DNA of 64,000 bases from Vicugna vicugna (Eukaryota): assembly GCA_013265495.1 (NCBI GenBank), contig MU058444.1, forward strand, positions 62,001-126,000, in the 5' to 3' direction. Position 1 is the first letter of the stretch, and each line of letters opens with the position of its first letter. The translations under genes were made by a program, and so were the position numbers. Below, piece by piece: positions 50,471 through 64,000 of this stretch. Below the pieces are notes generated by a model that saw only the letters and a list, made by a program, of their open reading frames with translations, was not told the DNA's origin and did no database searches.

Positions 50471-50993
50471 CAACCACATGGTTGGACCTTGAGGGCATTA
50501 TGCTAAATGAAATAAGTCAGAAAAAGAAAGACAAATGCCAGGTAATCCCATAATCTCACTTATATGCGAAATCTTTAAAAAACAAGAAACAACCAAGCGC
50601 ATAGATACAGAGAGCAGGGATTGGTGGTTGCTAGGGGATGTGTGGGGTGGAGGTTGAAATGGGTGAAAGGCATTTCAAAAGGTACAAACTTCCGGTTATA
50701 GAAGAAATCCGGGGAATGTAATGTACAGCATGGTGACTGCAGTCAATAATACTGTATCGTATATTTGAAAGTTACGAAGAGAAGTAGCTCTTAAAAATTT
50801 TCATCACAGAAGAATTTTTGTAGCTAAATACGGTGATGGATATTAACTAGATTTATAGTCGTGGTCACTTCACAGTATATACAAATATTGAATCATTATA
50901 TTGTACACCTGAAACTAGTGTGTTCTGTGTCAATTATACTACAATATAAAAAGTGTGAAAAAAAATATAGTGGATGATAAAAAAAAAAGAGAG
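50471..50993 (+). mobile_element. 5'-truncated LINE-1 (L1MA-type)
   Basis: ACATGGTTGGACCTTGAGGGCATTATGCTAAATGAAATAAGTCAG start. 12-bp TSD AGACTGAAAGTG (50459-50470, 50994-51005). Confidence 0.85.
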
Positions 50994-51869
50994 AGACTGA
51001 AAGTGTGTGTCACTGAGAATTTTTCTCTGTTGTATTATTTTCTGTGTTCTTCACACACTTAATTGCTTATGATTTTAGGTTTCAGGAAATGGAGCTAGTT
51101 ATTTCTGAGTTAGTCAAATCCTAAACTCAACCCTACAACACTCACCAGGGTGCATCAGAATTTTAAATGCTGCTCTATGAATTTAAGTACGAGTTTTAGT
51201 TCTCAGCTTACGTATTAGGGTTACTTAAACGCTTTATACATGTTTCTCTACTAGTGACCTCATTGGAGGGTAGGATTCTGTTACTCTCCAGCCTGTAGCC
51301 CTGCCCTTTCCCTGCACTTGACATGTGGTCTGGTTTCCATCCTTCTCTTGCTAGATCCTTATCTCTTAACCTTGACCGCTGGAACTGGAGCAGATGTTTT
51401 CAGACACCATAAATATATCCAAGCAAACACGATGTCGACAGCGTCAGGGCAGTATCCAGACCTAACGCTGACCGCATAAGCAGATCCTACCTTCTTTTTG
51501 ACAAATGCAACTGAAAGCAAAATATGGTTCATGGCATCTACTGTGTCCAAAAAAAAGAGAAAGGAGACATTCCAGTTACTGAATAAACTGTTACCATCTG
51601 TTTCACAGGCAAGCAAAAGCACTAACATTTGAAAGCAAACTGGGAAGAAAATGCCTGCTTTCACAGGGCAGAGGCACCTGGTTGCTAGACTGAAAAAGAG
51701 GCAGAGAAGCCTGAGACTAGGACAGTGGGGAGGTGTAAGAGGTGGAGGCCAGGAAACAGAGAAAGTGAAGCCCCTTCTTTCTCCTTGGAAGTGTGGGGCA
51801 CTAAGTTATGGTGAAGGCGTGGAGTGGCACAGGGATCGTTCCTGTGGGCTGATGAATGTTGGCGTTCAT

Positions 51870-52300
51870 TCGTCCATTCGTCCATTCATCCATCTTACAG
51901 CAGACGTTCACTGAGCGCTCACCACTGGCCAGGGGCTTGGGGTACATCAGTGTTTTTGTCCGGCTTACATTTTAGGACAGAGAGATGCACAGTACCCACA
52001 GAAAATAAGTAACTGCATAGGAAGTCAGAGGTGACAAGCATTATGGAAAAAAAGGAAAATTAGAAGGGAGATCAAGTGGGTAGGTGCCTGGTCAGGATAT
52101 GGTACATCCTGGATAAGATGGCCAGGGGAGTTAGGTCTCCTTGAGAAGGACTTGAGCAAGGACTTGAAGGAAATAAGGGATTCAGCCGTGTGGCTCTCTG
52201 AGGGAAAACCATTCCAGGTGGGGGAACAGCCTGTACAAAGGCCCTGTGCAGGGTGGGCAGTGGGAGTGGAGAGAGAAGGGAGGTGGCAGGAGAGGTGACA
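51870..52300 (-). mobile_element. LINE-2 3' fragment
   Basis: CATTCATCCAT...CACTGAGCGC end and CATTCCAGGTGGGGAACAGCCTGTACAAAGGCCCTG motif. Other L2 relics at ~22340-22510 and ~25860-26140. Confidence 0.65.
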
Positions 52301-52849
52301 GGAGAGGAGAGACAGCTCTGAGAATTGTGTAGGGCTCTGTCTATTCCGTCTTTTGTCCCCTTCCTCTAGTGCACCTTCTCCCCTCCCCCAACATCTAAAT
52401 CCCCTCTGTGCTCTCTCCTGGAATTCACAACCCATTATCATAAAACACACTTGTTACATCAGCCCAGACCCTAAACAGTGTCTTGTTGTCTTATTCCAGT
52501 GTGGACTCTGCTGCTTTAGCAGCCCCACAGCGGGGTCCTTCCGGAGCCCTCCTACCACTCAGCCTGAGGGTGGCTCCAGTATTCTCATGGGCAAATCATT
52601 TTCCATCCTTTTAAGCTCAGCTTATACGAAGACTGGGTGTAGTTGATTTAAAAAAATGGTGTTTGGAAACAGAAAACCTGAGTTCAGATTCTTGCTGTGT
52701 TGATTGTGTGACTGTGGCAAGTCATTTAATGTCTTGTATCCTCAGTTTCATGCCTTGTGAAATGGGGGTAATAAATACCTATCTTTCAGGTTTGTAGGGA
52801 AGGTGAAATGTGGTACTGTCTCTGAAAGTGCTCTCTGAACTACTCAGGG

Positions 52850-53290
52850 GTGAGCCTGGTTACCCTGTGCGGCTGACGGGGTCAGCAGTCCGCCATTGTG
52901 TCCCCCTGAGCTTCCATCAGCACGCTCACTGCTCACCGTGAACACCTGAGCTTCCCTACCCGAGGGCTTGTTCCCGTCCTGGGAGAGTGATCAGCAGCAT
53001 GTGCAGTCAGCGGAGAGCCAGAGAGTGAACTCCCCCCAGAGCAGCCCTGCACTGATGGTGGGCAGACCTTGGTGGATATATACCCCAGCTGCCTCGCCCT
53101 GGGCTGGGACAACAGTTAGATACACCCTGTTCTGCCTCCGCGTCTCCCCGCCAGGATCGTGCTTCAGTTGCCCTTGTGATAGGTGACTAGACAACACACC
53201 CTTTATCGGCTTCCTTCGGTCTCCTATTCTGTTTCCTTGCTCCCTTTCTGATGTTTCTTGGGATTACCTTCCAAACACGTGGCAGACCTA
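52850..53290 (+). mobile_element. ERVL LTR16-like relic
   Basis: TTGGTGGATATATACCCCAGCT...GGGCTGGGACAAC and CCCTTTATCGGCTTCCTTC motifs. Confidence 0.6.
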
Positions 53291-56200
53291 GAACTTGTTC
53301 TCAGCCTGTCTGGCTTCAAAGTCTGTGCCTTTCATCACTAAATTATCATGCCTCTGACATTGCTTCATGTATTATTTTTGAATAAATGTTTCGTATACGT
53401 GTAACTGAATTTACCTGCTTCACAGACCTAATTAGTTACATTCTTTTAGATTTTCCTGTTGCGTTGAAGACAGCTCTAGAACCTGAGCTGCCAGATTAGC
53501 AAGAAGTCTAATAGTCCTCCTTTCAGGTTACCATCTTTGAATTGTTGAAATAAAACCCCCAACATCATGGTTACGTTTGAAGTCTGAAAAGGGCCTTTGT
53601 CTAACTTTCATGAGTGAAATATCAGCTGCTGCCTCTCTCCCTTCCATGCACACGCTGTTGCAGAAAAAACGAATCCTCCCCTATCTGCAGGTGATGATGG
53701 TCCACCCTGAAATGGTGCCATCTGGGCACCTCCTGGCACTCAGTTTGCTGAGGGTTGTGGGTATCCCATCCCGCAGTTCCAGGACTTGATGGAGATACGT
53801 CTGTTGCTCCTTTCATCGCTCCATGCCCAGCACCTATTTCATCATAGGCACCAGGTCCTGCTGGCTCGCTGGGAGCCATCCCAGCAACCTCAGGACCTAG
53901 GTCGTTTGTTTTTGTTTTTATTCTATATGTTTCCATTTTATTGAATGTATAAACAGACAGAATCAGTCTATGGTGAGTTAACATCAAAATAGTGGTTACC
54001 TTTGGGAACATTCATAGCAAGGAGGGAGCTACAAAGAAGACTTCAAGGGTTCTGGTGTCTTTGTTTTTTGTTTTTTATTTACTTATTTATTTTTGGTTCT
54101 GGTATATCTTGATGTGGGTGGTGCCTACATGGGTGGTTTCTTTCCGCAAAAATTCGTCTAGCTCCTTAATCATAATGTGTGCACATTTTCTTTATGTACG
54201 GCAAATTTCAATAAAATGATTTTACAAATAAAAACAAAAATACAAAGGTAACTGAATTTTAAGTCCCAGGTTACATTTGATGTATTCTAACGGATGTATT
54301 TTTGTAGACCTCTGTTTCTATGCGAGGGCAAGAGGGTGTTGAACCCTAAGATCTAACTGTTAGATTTCCAAGGTAATGTGGACACAGCGCCCAAGGTCAT
54401 CTCAGCAGTCATGAATTTCTTCTTTTTTATGTCCTTAGCAATAGCTGCATTTTTTCCCGCTTCTAGTCGAGATATAATTGACACACAGCACTGTATAAGT
54501 TTAAGGTGTACACGATTTGACTTACATACATCATGAAATGAAGACCACAGTAAGTTTAGTGAACACCTATCATATCGTAGAGATATAAAACAAAAGAAGA
54601 AAACACAGGGTGTTTTTTTTTCCATGTGATGAGAACGCCTAGGATTTACTCTTTTAACTTTCATATACAACATACAAATTATATTAATCATGTTGTACAT
54701 GACATCCCTAGTACTTACTTATCTTATAACTGGAAGTTTGTAACCTTTGACCACCTTCTTCCAGTTCCTCCCCTCCCCACACATACCCCCTGCCTCTTGT
54801 AACCACAAATCTGATCCTTTTTTCTATGAGTTCGTTTGTTTTTGGCGTATGATTGCGCTACAACACTGTGTTAGTTCCTGGTACACAACATAGTCAGTTT
54901 TTCAATACCAGTATAAAAAGGTCACCACAGGACCTGTGTTTGTTACAGTCTTTCCGTTTTGACTCTGGGCAGGGTCAGCTCACCCGTTTAGACCTCTGCT
55001 GTCCTAGAGTTAATTCAGTTTCATAGTCATCCTGGTCCACCTTGGTAACTTCCTGTCTTCACATATCAGAGAACTGCAGACAGTTAAAATTTCAGGGGTT
55101 TTTTTTTGTCTCCCAGAAGATCCTGGACTCAATCAAATGGATCCACTGTCTCCTCACTGTCTCTCCAGTTTTATATAACAAGAGTCTCAGCCTTGACTGA
55201 GACACAAAATTTGGGTTCCATCCTAATCCCAGGACAATGCCTCCTTTCTTGCCCTGTGTTTGCCAAAAAATGTCACTCATGTGACTGCCCCACCGCAGAA
55301 GCAGGCTCACCTCTCTGGTACAAATCATTTGAAAACCATTCATTAGAGCACACTTTCAAGCCCGGATAAAACTTTGTGGCCAGGCTCTGTTTTAAGGAGA
55401 TGCTGTTTTCCTCGGAAGCTCTCATTTCAAAAGAAGAATGGATAGAGGTGGAAGAAGGTAAGAGAAACGTAACTGGAAGTCTTCTATTCTTGTGGGGGAG
55501 CTGGCACCAGAAGGAAGTTCAGAATGCCAAGCACGGTCCTGGAAATGAGCGACTAAAAGGAAGGAAAGGGGACACAGACTCCTGGAACACTCAGAACTCG
55601 CTAAGGAGGGGAATTTGCAGACCAGCTGCAGCCCGTGGTGGTTCTCTGCTTCTTTGCATCTTAATCTCCCTGGGCTTGGACCACGCGATCTGGTGCAGGA
55701 TTCAGGTCAGCAGGCACTGTTCTCTGTTCGTTTAACATACGCAACGCTTGTTTCCACAACGCCCAGCTCAGCGCGGACACAGCAGGCTTTTACGTCGGAC
55801 CAGGAATGACAATATTTGTGTTTTCAGGTAGCTGTGTATTCCTGTTCGCAGACTCTCACAAAGCAGGGGAAAAGGAAGAGGGTCCAACGTGGATAACAAC
55901 AAGTTTACGATATCCATTGTTATGAATAAAATGTTATTTTTCTCAAATATTTCTGATAAGGACAGTTAATTTCCCCAAGAGGTGCTTTCTCTGCCTTCTG
56001 TTTCTCTGGCACACCTGTTTCTTTGCTTACGAATTTTATAATGTTATTTGGAAATAAACATTCAGGGAGCTATATTTCAGGTATTCTTGGGCAGCATTTA
56101 CAAACCCTTCACGTATGTGTCATGTGTCCCACCCCAGTGTGGAGATGCTGTTGGCTGGGGACCCAACGGCCGTGTGCATCTCCTGTGTCCCGTCACCCTT

Positions 56201-56604
56201 ACAGCAAGGGATGGCTTAGTGTTAGCCTGTGAGCTGTAAGTAGGAGTCTGCTAGCCGAGGCTGGGGAAGCAGCTCTGACTCTTCCAGATTAGAGAGGGGA
56301 GATTTATCTGTCGGGGCCCTTGGCCTTGCCCTTCCTGTCCTCACACGGGTGATGCTGCTTTGGTGTGTGTGTGAGGAGCCGCTGCCCTGGGGGCTGCAGC
56401 TGGGGGAAGTGGTACGCTATCTGCGGCCCACACAGGGCTTTCTTTCTGTCTGTGCTTGGCTCCCCGCTCCGTGTCTCTGCACACCTGAGATGCTGGGAGG
56501 GGATTGATCAGAGCTTTGGAGGTGAGGAAGCTGCTGAGTTTTCTTTTTGGAAAGGTTTTTATATCATTTTCCCATAAGAGGCATGGACTTTGTTTATTAA
56601 TTTT

Positions 56605-56738
56605 AATTTATTTTTATTTTATTTTTTTGGGGGGGAATTAGGTTTATTTATTTACTTTTATAGGAGGTACTGGGGATTGAACCTGGGACCTCGTGCATGC
56701 TAAGCATGTGCTTTAGCCGTTGAGCTATATCCTCCCCT
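56605..56738 (-). mobile_element. vic-1-type SINE
   Basis: GGAGGTACTGGGGATTGAACCTGGGACCTCGTGCATGCTAAGCA...GAGCTATATCCTCCCC. Confidence 0.9.
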
Positions 56739-57019
56739 CTTTATCTATTAAATTTTAAACAGTTTTCTATCCATTAAAATAACACATGCTCATTAAAAAA
56801 AAATCAAACTACCCAAAAGGTATTAAGTGAAAGTCTTTTCTTCTTTCTCTAAAGAAATCTCTGTTAACATTTCTTCTGTATTCTTCTAAAAATTTTCAAT
56901 TATGTGCACATAATTTATTTTCACGAAAAGGATAGTGCTTCATGGTGTCCTGCAACTTGCTTTTAAACATATCTTTTTTAGCACATGTACATATAGCATT
57001 TTGTCACATGGTTATAAAA

Positions 57020-57640
57020 CACTACATGAATAAAACATAATCATTAGAGAAACACAGATTAAAATCACAATGTGATACCCCTGTATGCCTGTCAGAATGA
57101 CTCAGATCAATAAAAAACAAAAACAAAGACAAAAACAAAAACAAAACAAAAAATCTGACAACATCAAGTGCTGACTAGGATGAGGAACAACTGGAACTCT
57201 CATAAATTGTTGGTGGGAATGCAAAATGTTACATAGCCAGTTTCAAAAATGTTTGACAGTCTCTTGTAAAGTGAAATGCACACTTTATATACAACAAAGA
57301 AATTCCATGCTTAGATATTTACTCAAGTGAAATGAAAACAGATAGTCTCATGAAAACCTCTACACAAATGTTTATAGCAGCGTTATTCATAATTGCCCCA
57401 AAGTTGAAACAACACAAAATTCACCTTCAGTTGGACAAACCAACTGGATACATCCATACAATGGAACAGGTCCAGGATTAGGGTGAGGTAAGTGAGATAC
57501 TCATCTTGGGCACAAGGTTGAGAAGAACCAAAATACTCAGTAATCAAGATAAACAATATTAATGTAAAATTTTTAAAAATCAAAATCAATGCAAAAAAAT
57601 CCACGATGAACAAAATATAAGAATTTAAAACAGAATCTGA
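57020..57640 (+). mobile_element. Old L1 ORF2 3' fragment (57020-57465) followed by a MER96B-like hAT fragment (57467-57640)
   Basis: TTGTTGGTGGGAATGCAAAATG L1 motif, then CTCAGTAATCAAGATAAA...AAAATCCACGATGAACAAAATAT. Confidence 0.65.
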
Positions 57641-58389
57641 GCCTGCACTTACACGACTCCAAAATTTTGCAAGTTAGAGGTAGGTACAAGGAGGGAAAAA
57701 AAAATCTCATTTTCATTTTCTTTTGATAGACATGATCTTGTTCCCAAGTGAAGGAAACAGACAAGTTCTTTCCACTGTTTGTAACTATAGCACACAGTAC
57801 TGCAGGGTAGGAGGGAAAGTTTTATTTTATTAGAAATACATGTTTGTGTGATTTTTAAAATAATAAGAACACTTAGGTAAGGTGTACACATTTCATATAT
57901 TAATGCATTTTACTTTTCAGAAATAAAACTTGATCAAAATCAAACATTTTATGAAAAAAAATTTTAACCAGGAAAATAACAAACTTATAAGGAAAATTTT
58001 ACACTTTATTCATTTAAAATAGTGATAAGTACACTGTTTTTCATATCTTTATATAAGAAAGTATTTTTTTTCATTTTTCAGTTTCATTAGGTAAAAATTT
58101 ACAATTTGCACATATACAATATATTGCATATAAATACATACATACAATATACTGCACATTTTAGTTTACACATATATACTGATCATTGCTTTTAAGAACA
58201 GTTTAGAGCTTTAACTTTTTAAACTTACATAATTATCAAAGGAATAATGGAAAGTAGTTTTTAAAAATAGTTTTTCTTTCACCTATTTGTATGGAAACCT
58301 GGCATGTAATTTTCTGCTATTTGTAATTGTTGATATTTATGTATATACATATATAGTACTATATATGTTTTCTAGTTAAGAAATGAAAA

Positions 58390-59025
58390 TTTAAATTGTG
58401 GTAAAATACACATAATATAAATTCACCATTGTAGCCATTTTGAAGTGTACAGTTCATTAATGTTAAGGATTTTCACATTGTTGTGCAACTGGTCTCCAGA
58501 ACTTTTTCATCTTGCAAAACTGAAGCTCGTTACTCACTGGACAGTAACTCCCGCTCCCCTTTCTCCCCGCCACTGGCCACCACCATTCTACTCTCTGTCC
58601 CTATGAATTTGACTACTCGAGATCCCACATATAAGAGGAATCATACAATATTTGTCCTTTTGTGACTGGCTTATGTCACTTAGCATAATGGCCCCAAGGC
58701 TCATCCATGTTGTAGCATGTGTCAGAATGGGCTAACTCTTCCAGGCTGAATATATCCTATTGCCTATATGCCACCTTTGGTTTATCCATTCATCCATTGA
58801 TAGATAATCTTAGGTTGCTTCTACCTTTTGGCTATTGTGTATAATGCTGCTGTGAATGTGGTTGTACAAATATCTCTTTGAGACCCTGCTTTCAATTCTT
58901 CTGGGTACATTCCCAGAAGTGGGTCATATAATAATTCTATTTTTTATTTATTTTGTGGAACTACCAGACTGTTTTCTATAGCAGCTGCATCATTTTACAT
59001 TTCCACCAATAGGGCACAAGGGGAT
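58390..59025 (-). mobile_element. LINE-1 3' fragment (L1MB-type)
   Basis: TGTGGTAAAATACACATAA...GAACTTTTTCATCTTGCAAAACTGAA...GAGACCCTGCTTTCAATTCTT. Confidence 0.85.
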
Positions 59026-61265
59026 TTTTATATTTTGATACAAATTTACGTATGTCTTTTTGATTTTTAAGTATTAGAATTTATATGAATTAAGCTAATT
59101 CATATAAATTCTAATTCACTGTATATTACATTTACTTGAATTAAACTTTGTATTGACTTAAAAATACACTTTAAATTTATACTGAAAATTGATTTTCAGA
59201 AATATGGCATCTAAAAAGCCAAGTAGTACAATGTTTAGGAAAAGAATAAAGAATGCACATGGAAATGGATTAAAGTTATACTTTTGTTACAAATTACAAG
59301 TTTGGCTAGAAAACAGCATTTGAACTATTGAAAAATAATCACGTCTTTAGTATCAGTGTTACTAGAATAGAACAATCATTAAATTCAGAGTTAACTGAAA
59401 AAATTTTTTTTTTAAATATGAAGAAAAAACCCAAAGAAAAGAATATGTTAGAGATTTCAGAAATTGGGAAACAAGAGTGTGAGCAAGAAAGTGAGAACGT
59501 GCCATTTGTGATAAATGGTCGTGCCTCACTGTGGCCACCAATGTGCAATACAAGAAAAATGATTTTATAGAACATGGATTTTAGGGGGTGATGGAAGCAT
59601 TCAGTATCTTTATTGTGGTTGTGATTGAGCAACTGTATACTTTTGTAGAAACCTAAAGAATTATACCCTAAAAAGAGTGAGCATTTCCTCGCCTCTCTGA
59701 GCCCTAGACTTCACAACAGAGCAGCATGTAAAAAAATTCTCTTTGGAGAGGATGACGGTGGCTGTGAGAAGAAACATGAACTGATATAAAAAGATTCTAG
59801 CGACAAGGAGGCCAGCTTAAACCCGGTATAATGGCCCTTGTAGAAACTGTTTGGTCTGAATTCCTTTTCATCCTTCTTAATGCTGGTGGAGTTCTCCCCT
59901 TTGCTCTGCTTCTTTTACGTCCTAGTCTCTAGCTAACATCTTGTTTCTTTACGGGGTCTAAATGTTCCTTGCAAGTAATAGGCCTAGGAAGTTAGCCGGG
60001 TCCGCCAGAATTGCCTGACCCCACTGGAGGCTGGGAGTTCAAGAGACTCTTAAGAACACATGTTTTCGCAAGGTTGGGCTTAATTACCTTTCCGTAAAAT
60101 GTTGGCATAGGGACAGCCGTATTCAGGGTGCGTGTCCGAGCAGAGGCTTCTAGTCTTCGGAGGGTTTCGCCCACATCTCAGTTATGTTTTTCACGATCCT
60201 CTTGGCAAGCTGGCTGGATTTCTGAATCACACAGAGTTCCCCTAAGACTTTGTACATTCTGAGATGTATGTTTTCCTCCAAAGCCACTAACAGTAGGTAA
60301 ACCTTTATTACTGTTTCCATAGTCCATTTCACAGATAGATGATATGAATCCTTTTTTAGAGGATTACGAAAACCTAGGATTGAAAGAAGATTTAGGGCCT
60401 TGTTATTCAAAGGGTTGTGCACCATTCAGTTTCTGCGTCACCCTGAAGTCTGGGGAAAACTCAGAGTCCCGGGCCCCGCTCCAGGCCTTCTGAATCAGAA
60501 TGCTAAAAGCATCCTGCCTCCCTACTCCCCCTTTGTGCTTGGGGTAAAATCGGAGAAGCCCTGCTGTGGTGGCCCTCTGGCCTCGTCTCTCACAGCTCTG
60601 CATGGCAGCCCTGCAGAGAGCACAGGGAAGGCTAATTCATTGTCTTTCTAACCGTACCTATCATTTATGTAGTGTATAATATAGTGCTTGGACAATATAA
60701 TATGGATGTTGAACAAGATAATACATTGAATATTTTGCCTATCGGTTAGCATGTAAATAAACACGTTGTAGGAGAAGTTTGATAAGCACACAAAGTATTC
60801 ACGGGGAGCAATTAGATGTCATTTGTATTGCATTGCTGAGAAGATACTTAAATTTTTTCAGGTGTAGAATCATCTCAGAGCAACAGACAAGAGCAGAGAC
60901 GTCTTGAGCAATTGCTTTTCACTTTACCCTTGTGAGACATCCTGTGGTCCTGTGGGGGGGCAAATATTAACATTAAGTCACACTTGTCAGTGACATTTAT
61001 GAGACTAGTCCTAAGACTAACTTAGCAAAGATGTGAAAAGTTTAGAATTTAGACGTATGTAATTCTTGATGCCTTCATCCTAAGTGACTATGTAAATGGT
61101 TCAAATTACTCAAATTTAAGCAACGTATTAACTCGACCTTATTCCAGGTTCTCAGAATTTCAGGATTTTGTTTTCATTTCTGCCTGCCTTAATTTAAAGT
61201 TATTTGTGCCATTCCCCTGCCAAGCTGTGTGTTTACATTGAGGTCATCTTTCTAAGTATGGATCC

Positions 61266-61583
61266 ACAGTCCCCCAATTCAAACCACTGAATAAGAGGTC
61301 TTAGGAACTCGGAACTTTTCAAAGTTATATGATACTGTTTAGCACATAATATTCCAATCAGGGTCTGGGCCAGGACCCCTAATCAAACAATAATATTTCT
61401 TCAACATATAAAATAAACATTCACACTAACTCATAAAAATAAAGACTTTAAATATCCTCTCCTTGGGTCAAGTAAATTTTTTGCCAGAAAATCAGTTACA
61501 ATTTTTTTTTCCTCTTTTCATAGTTTTTATTGATTTTTCGTGTTTTTACATTTTACAACTGTGGATAAAGAAAGATGGACCTG
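61266..61583. mobile_element. MER46C-like Tigger element
   Basis: GGGTCTGGG...CCCCTAATCAAAC...ATTCACACTAA...AATAAAGACT, ending TGGACCTG. Confidence 0.6.
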
Positions 61584-61759
61584 TTTACAATAACAAAATG
61601 AGAAGAAATTTTAGGAGTGTTTTAGTTCACCATTTGCCTGCAAGTAGGAAGGACTTAGCAAAAATTAGTATGAATAGATGTTTATCAAAACTAAGTTTTC
61701 TTGGAGTAGTCCATAATTTTCTCAGTGTTTAATAATCAACATAGTCATGATATCATGGG

Positions 61760-62240
61760 AGATCAGAGCTGACCCTATATCTGCTGATGCCAGTTCTTAG
61801 CCCCTCTTTCTTTCTAAAAGAGCTTGATTTTATCCAGTGTGCCAAACTAAAAATACGTGCTTCATCAGGCTAGCTTGCAGCTAAAGGGGCTGTGTGACTC
61901 CGTCGTGTTCCATGAGATATAAGCAGAGAGTTTCTATGGAAGCTTTTGTTTTCCTGACACAGATCCAGCCCCTTTCCACCTCCCTTTTCCGTCTTCTCCC
62001 TGTCTGGAATACAGATGTAATATCTGGAGGTGCAGCAGCCGTATTGTAACAAAGAGGTGACAGCATTAAACAAAAGCCTCATTCTCAGGATGGTGGAAGT
62101 AAAAACAGAAAAAGCCTGTTGAGCCAGCATAGCAACCTTGGACTGCCCCGGACTTCGTGTTACACAGGGCAAACTTATTACTTAAGTTGCTGTTTTTGAG
62201 TTTCTGTTATTTGTAGCTAAACATATTCCTAAATACTACA
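61760..62240 (+). mobile_element. Old MaLR LTR (MLT1J/K-like)
   Basis: CTGGAGGTGCAGCAGCC and TTTCTGTTATTTGTAGCTAAACATATTCCTAA 3' motif. Confidence 0.65.
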
Positions 62241-63052
62241 CTATGCCACTCTGTTTTTTCTCTTATTTATTTTCATTTAAAATAGACTCTACCCCCATGC
62301 ACTTGAGGCATGATAATTAAAGCTCTGTAATATGTCCATATCCATTATTACTTACCTTACCAAGTAGAAAGACCTTTCATTTGTGTTGATTTTCAAAGTT
62401 CCTTTAATCTCCAAAGAGGAAGTATGACACAGGGCTTCTCTCATCAGAGCTGTTATGCCATTCCCTATCTTAAGCATGTGTTTACTGGTAAAATGTAGTC
62501 TCTTATCTCCTAATATAAATCACTACTAAACAAATAACTGTCGAAATTGGGACAAAAAGTTTGGTTTTTGAAAAATAGTTTTTCTAAATAACTGTAGAAT
62601 ATTTAAAATACTTTAACTGGCAAATTCATGTTTGTTTCCTTCATTTATTTTTTTCTATTCTTAGGCAATATTTACAACAAAGCTTAGTTAATAATTGGCA
62701 GTTTAGTATTCAGTGTGGGTCAAATCAGTACGTTATAAGGCAGTCCATTCCATCTGAATCCCTTTCAGATCTGCATGTTCCTATCTCAAAGCGTTCTGTT
62801 CTTGCCTTATAGATTCTCTTCCTGCCTCCATCTCTTTGACGTCTGAAATGTTTAAGATTCCTTTCAAACGTCCTACTGTGTGAAGTTTACTGAGTGTGAT
62901 TCCTCGTATCTGTGTGTGTCTGCTGCCTTGGCTGTTCATTTCCTGCGAGCATCTCTCCAGAGGTCATCGTGACCTCTGTTTGGGTCCTGTTTAATCACAG
63001 AGCTGCAGAAGAATCTTCGCAGATTGGTCTTTCATTGCCTTAGCTGGAATTC

Positions 63053-64000
63053 TGCCATAGACTGAATGTTTGTGTCCTGCTAAAAATCATGTGTTGAAAT
63101 CCCAGTCCCCAGTGTGATAGTATTTGGAAGTGGAGTAATTGGAAAGTGATTAGGTCACGAGGGTGGAGTCCTTAAGAATGGGATTAGTGCCCTTGTGAAA
63201 AAGACCCCCTCACATGCCGTTATCAGATATTAAAGCATACATTAAAATGTACTCATTAAAACAGTTTGGTGCTGGAAACTGCTGGCAGGTAGGAACTCTC
63301 GGTCAGTGATGGGAGACAGAAACTCTAGAACACAAGAATTTAGGATATGATAACAATGATATTTCAAATCAAGATGGGAAAGACAGTTATTTAGAAATGG
63401 TGTTTATAAACCTGAATGGTCCGTCATCTGGAAAAAGATAAAGTTACATCCATACCTTGCATCGTATGTGCAAATAAATTCCAGATGAATCAGCCACTTA
63501 AACATAAAGAAAAAAGCAAACTATTAAAACACCAGAAGGATCCATGGGAGAATCTTCTTTTATAATCTTTGAGTGAAAAGGTCAGAAGCCATACAATAAA
63601 ATTCAACTCCATAAAAAATCCCTACAGCAAAAACCACCATAAAGAAAGACTAAAGGCAATAAACTAGGGAGAAATGTTTGCGAGGCATTTCATAATTAAA
63701 GGCTAAATTCCCTGATATGTACGAAGCATATTCAAAGTAATACACCAACAATTAAATAAGAAAGTGAACCAAAGGTATAAAAAGAGAGGACACAGAGAAG
63801 GAAACACAAATAGCTCTTAGACCCATAAAAGTATGCTCACCCGCACGATGAGAGAAATGCGAAGTGGACCTACCCAGAGAAACCATTTTTCCATATCAGA
63901 TTGGCAAAGATCCCAAAGTTAAAGAGCACCCTGTGTGGCAAAGGTGTAAGGAAATAGGCCCTCAGAATTTAAATGGGAACAGCTTCTATGTCATTGGATT
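63053..64000 (+). mobile_element. MLT1A-like LTR 5' part (63053-63212) followed by an old L1 ORF2 fragment to the window end
   Basis: GACTGAATGTTTGTGTCC...GAATGGGATTAGTGCCCTT, then L1-like AAATAAATTCCAGATGAATC and TCAGATTGGCAAAGAT. Confidence 0.7.

Noticed and set aside
51330..51600. Strong-looking plus-strand acceptor (~51355) and AATAAA (~51582), suggesting a lncRNA terminal exon; similar pairing at ~39298/39673
   Set aside because: Such signals are common by chance and cannot be supported without transcript data.
63221..63234. TATCAGATATTAAA resembling antisense U2 snRNA
   Set aside because: Only 14 nt, and explained by the surrounding L1 ORF2 relic.
1..64000. CRISPR arrays, operons or other prokaryotic-type systems
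   Set aside because: The sequence is mammalian throughout; no repeat-spacer array or foreign gene-dense segment was seen.

Overview
Mammalian genomic DNA, almost certainly camelid, judged from the tRNA-Ala-derived vic-1-type SINEs. It contains the 5' end of GCLC (glutamate-cysteine ligase catalytic subunit) on the minus strand. Coding exon 1 (50 codons, 11034-11183) lies in a TATA-containing CpG-island promoter, with about 11 kb of intron 1 to its left; I did not find exon 2 in the window. To the right are about 52 kb of upstream sequence. This includes a second CpG island carrying the Nrf2/ARE4-type enhancer (GTGACTCAGCA at 14280) and a third small orphan CpG island (~28.1-28.5 kb) with a perfect TCTCGCGAGA (BANP/CGCG) motif and GCLC-sense splice donors. 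The remainder is mostly interspersed repeats: L1, SINEs, ERV1/MaLR/ERVL LTRs, Tigger/MER DNA transposons, MIR and L2. I found no other protein-coding gene and no convincingly new multi-gene system. The best leads are regulatory: a candidate distal GCLC promoter, a uORF plus two in-frame CUG codons in the 5' UTR, a chimeric L1-derived retroposon, and a perfect 20-bp-arm hairpin. Repeat family names come from recalled consensus similarity, not a database search.
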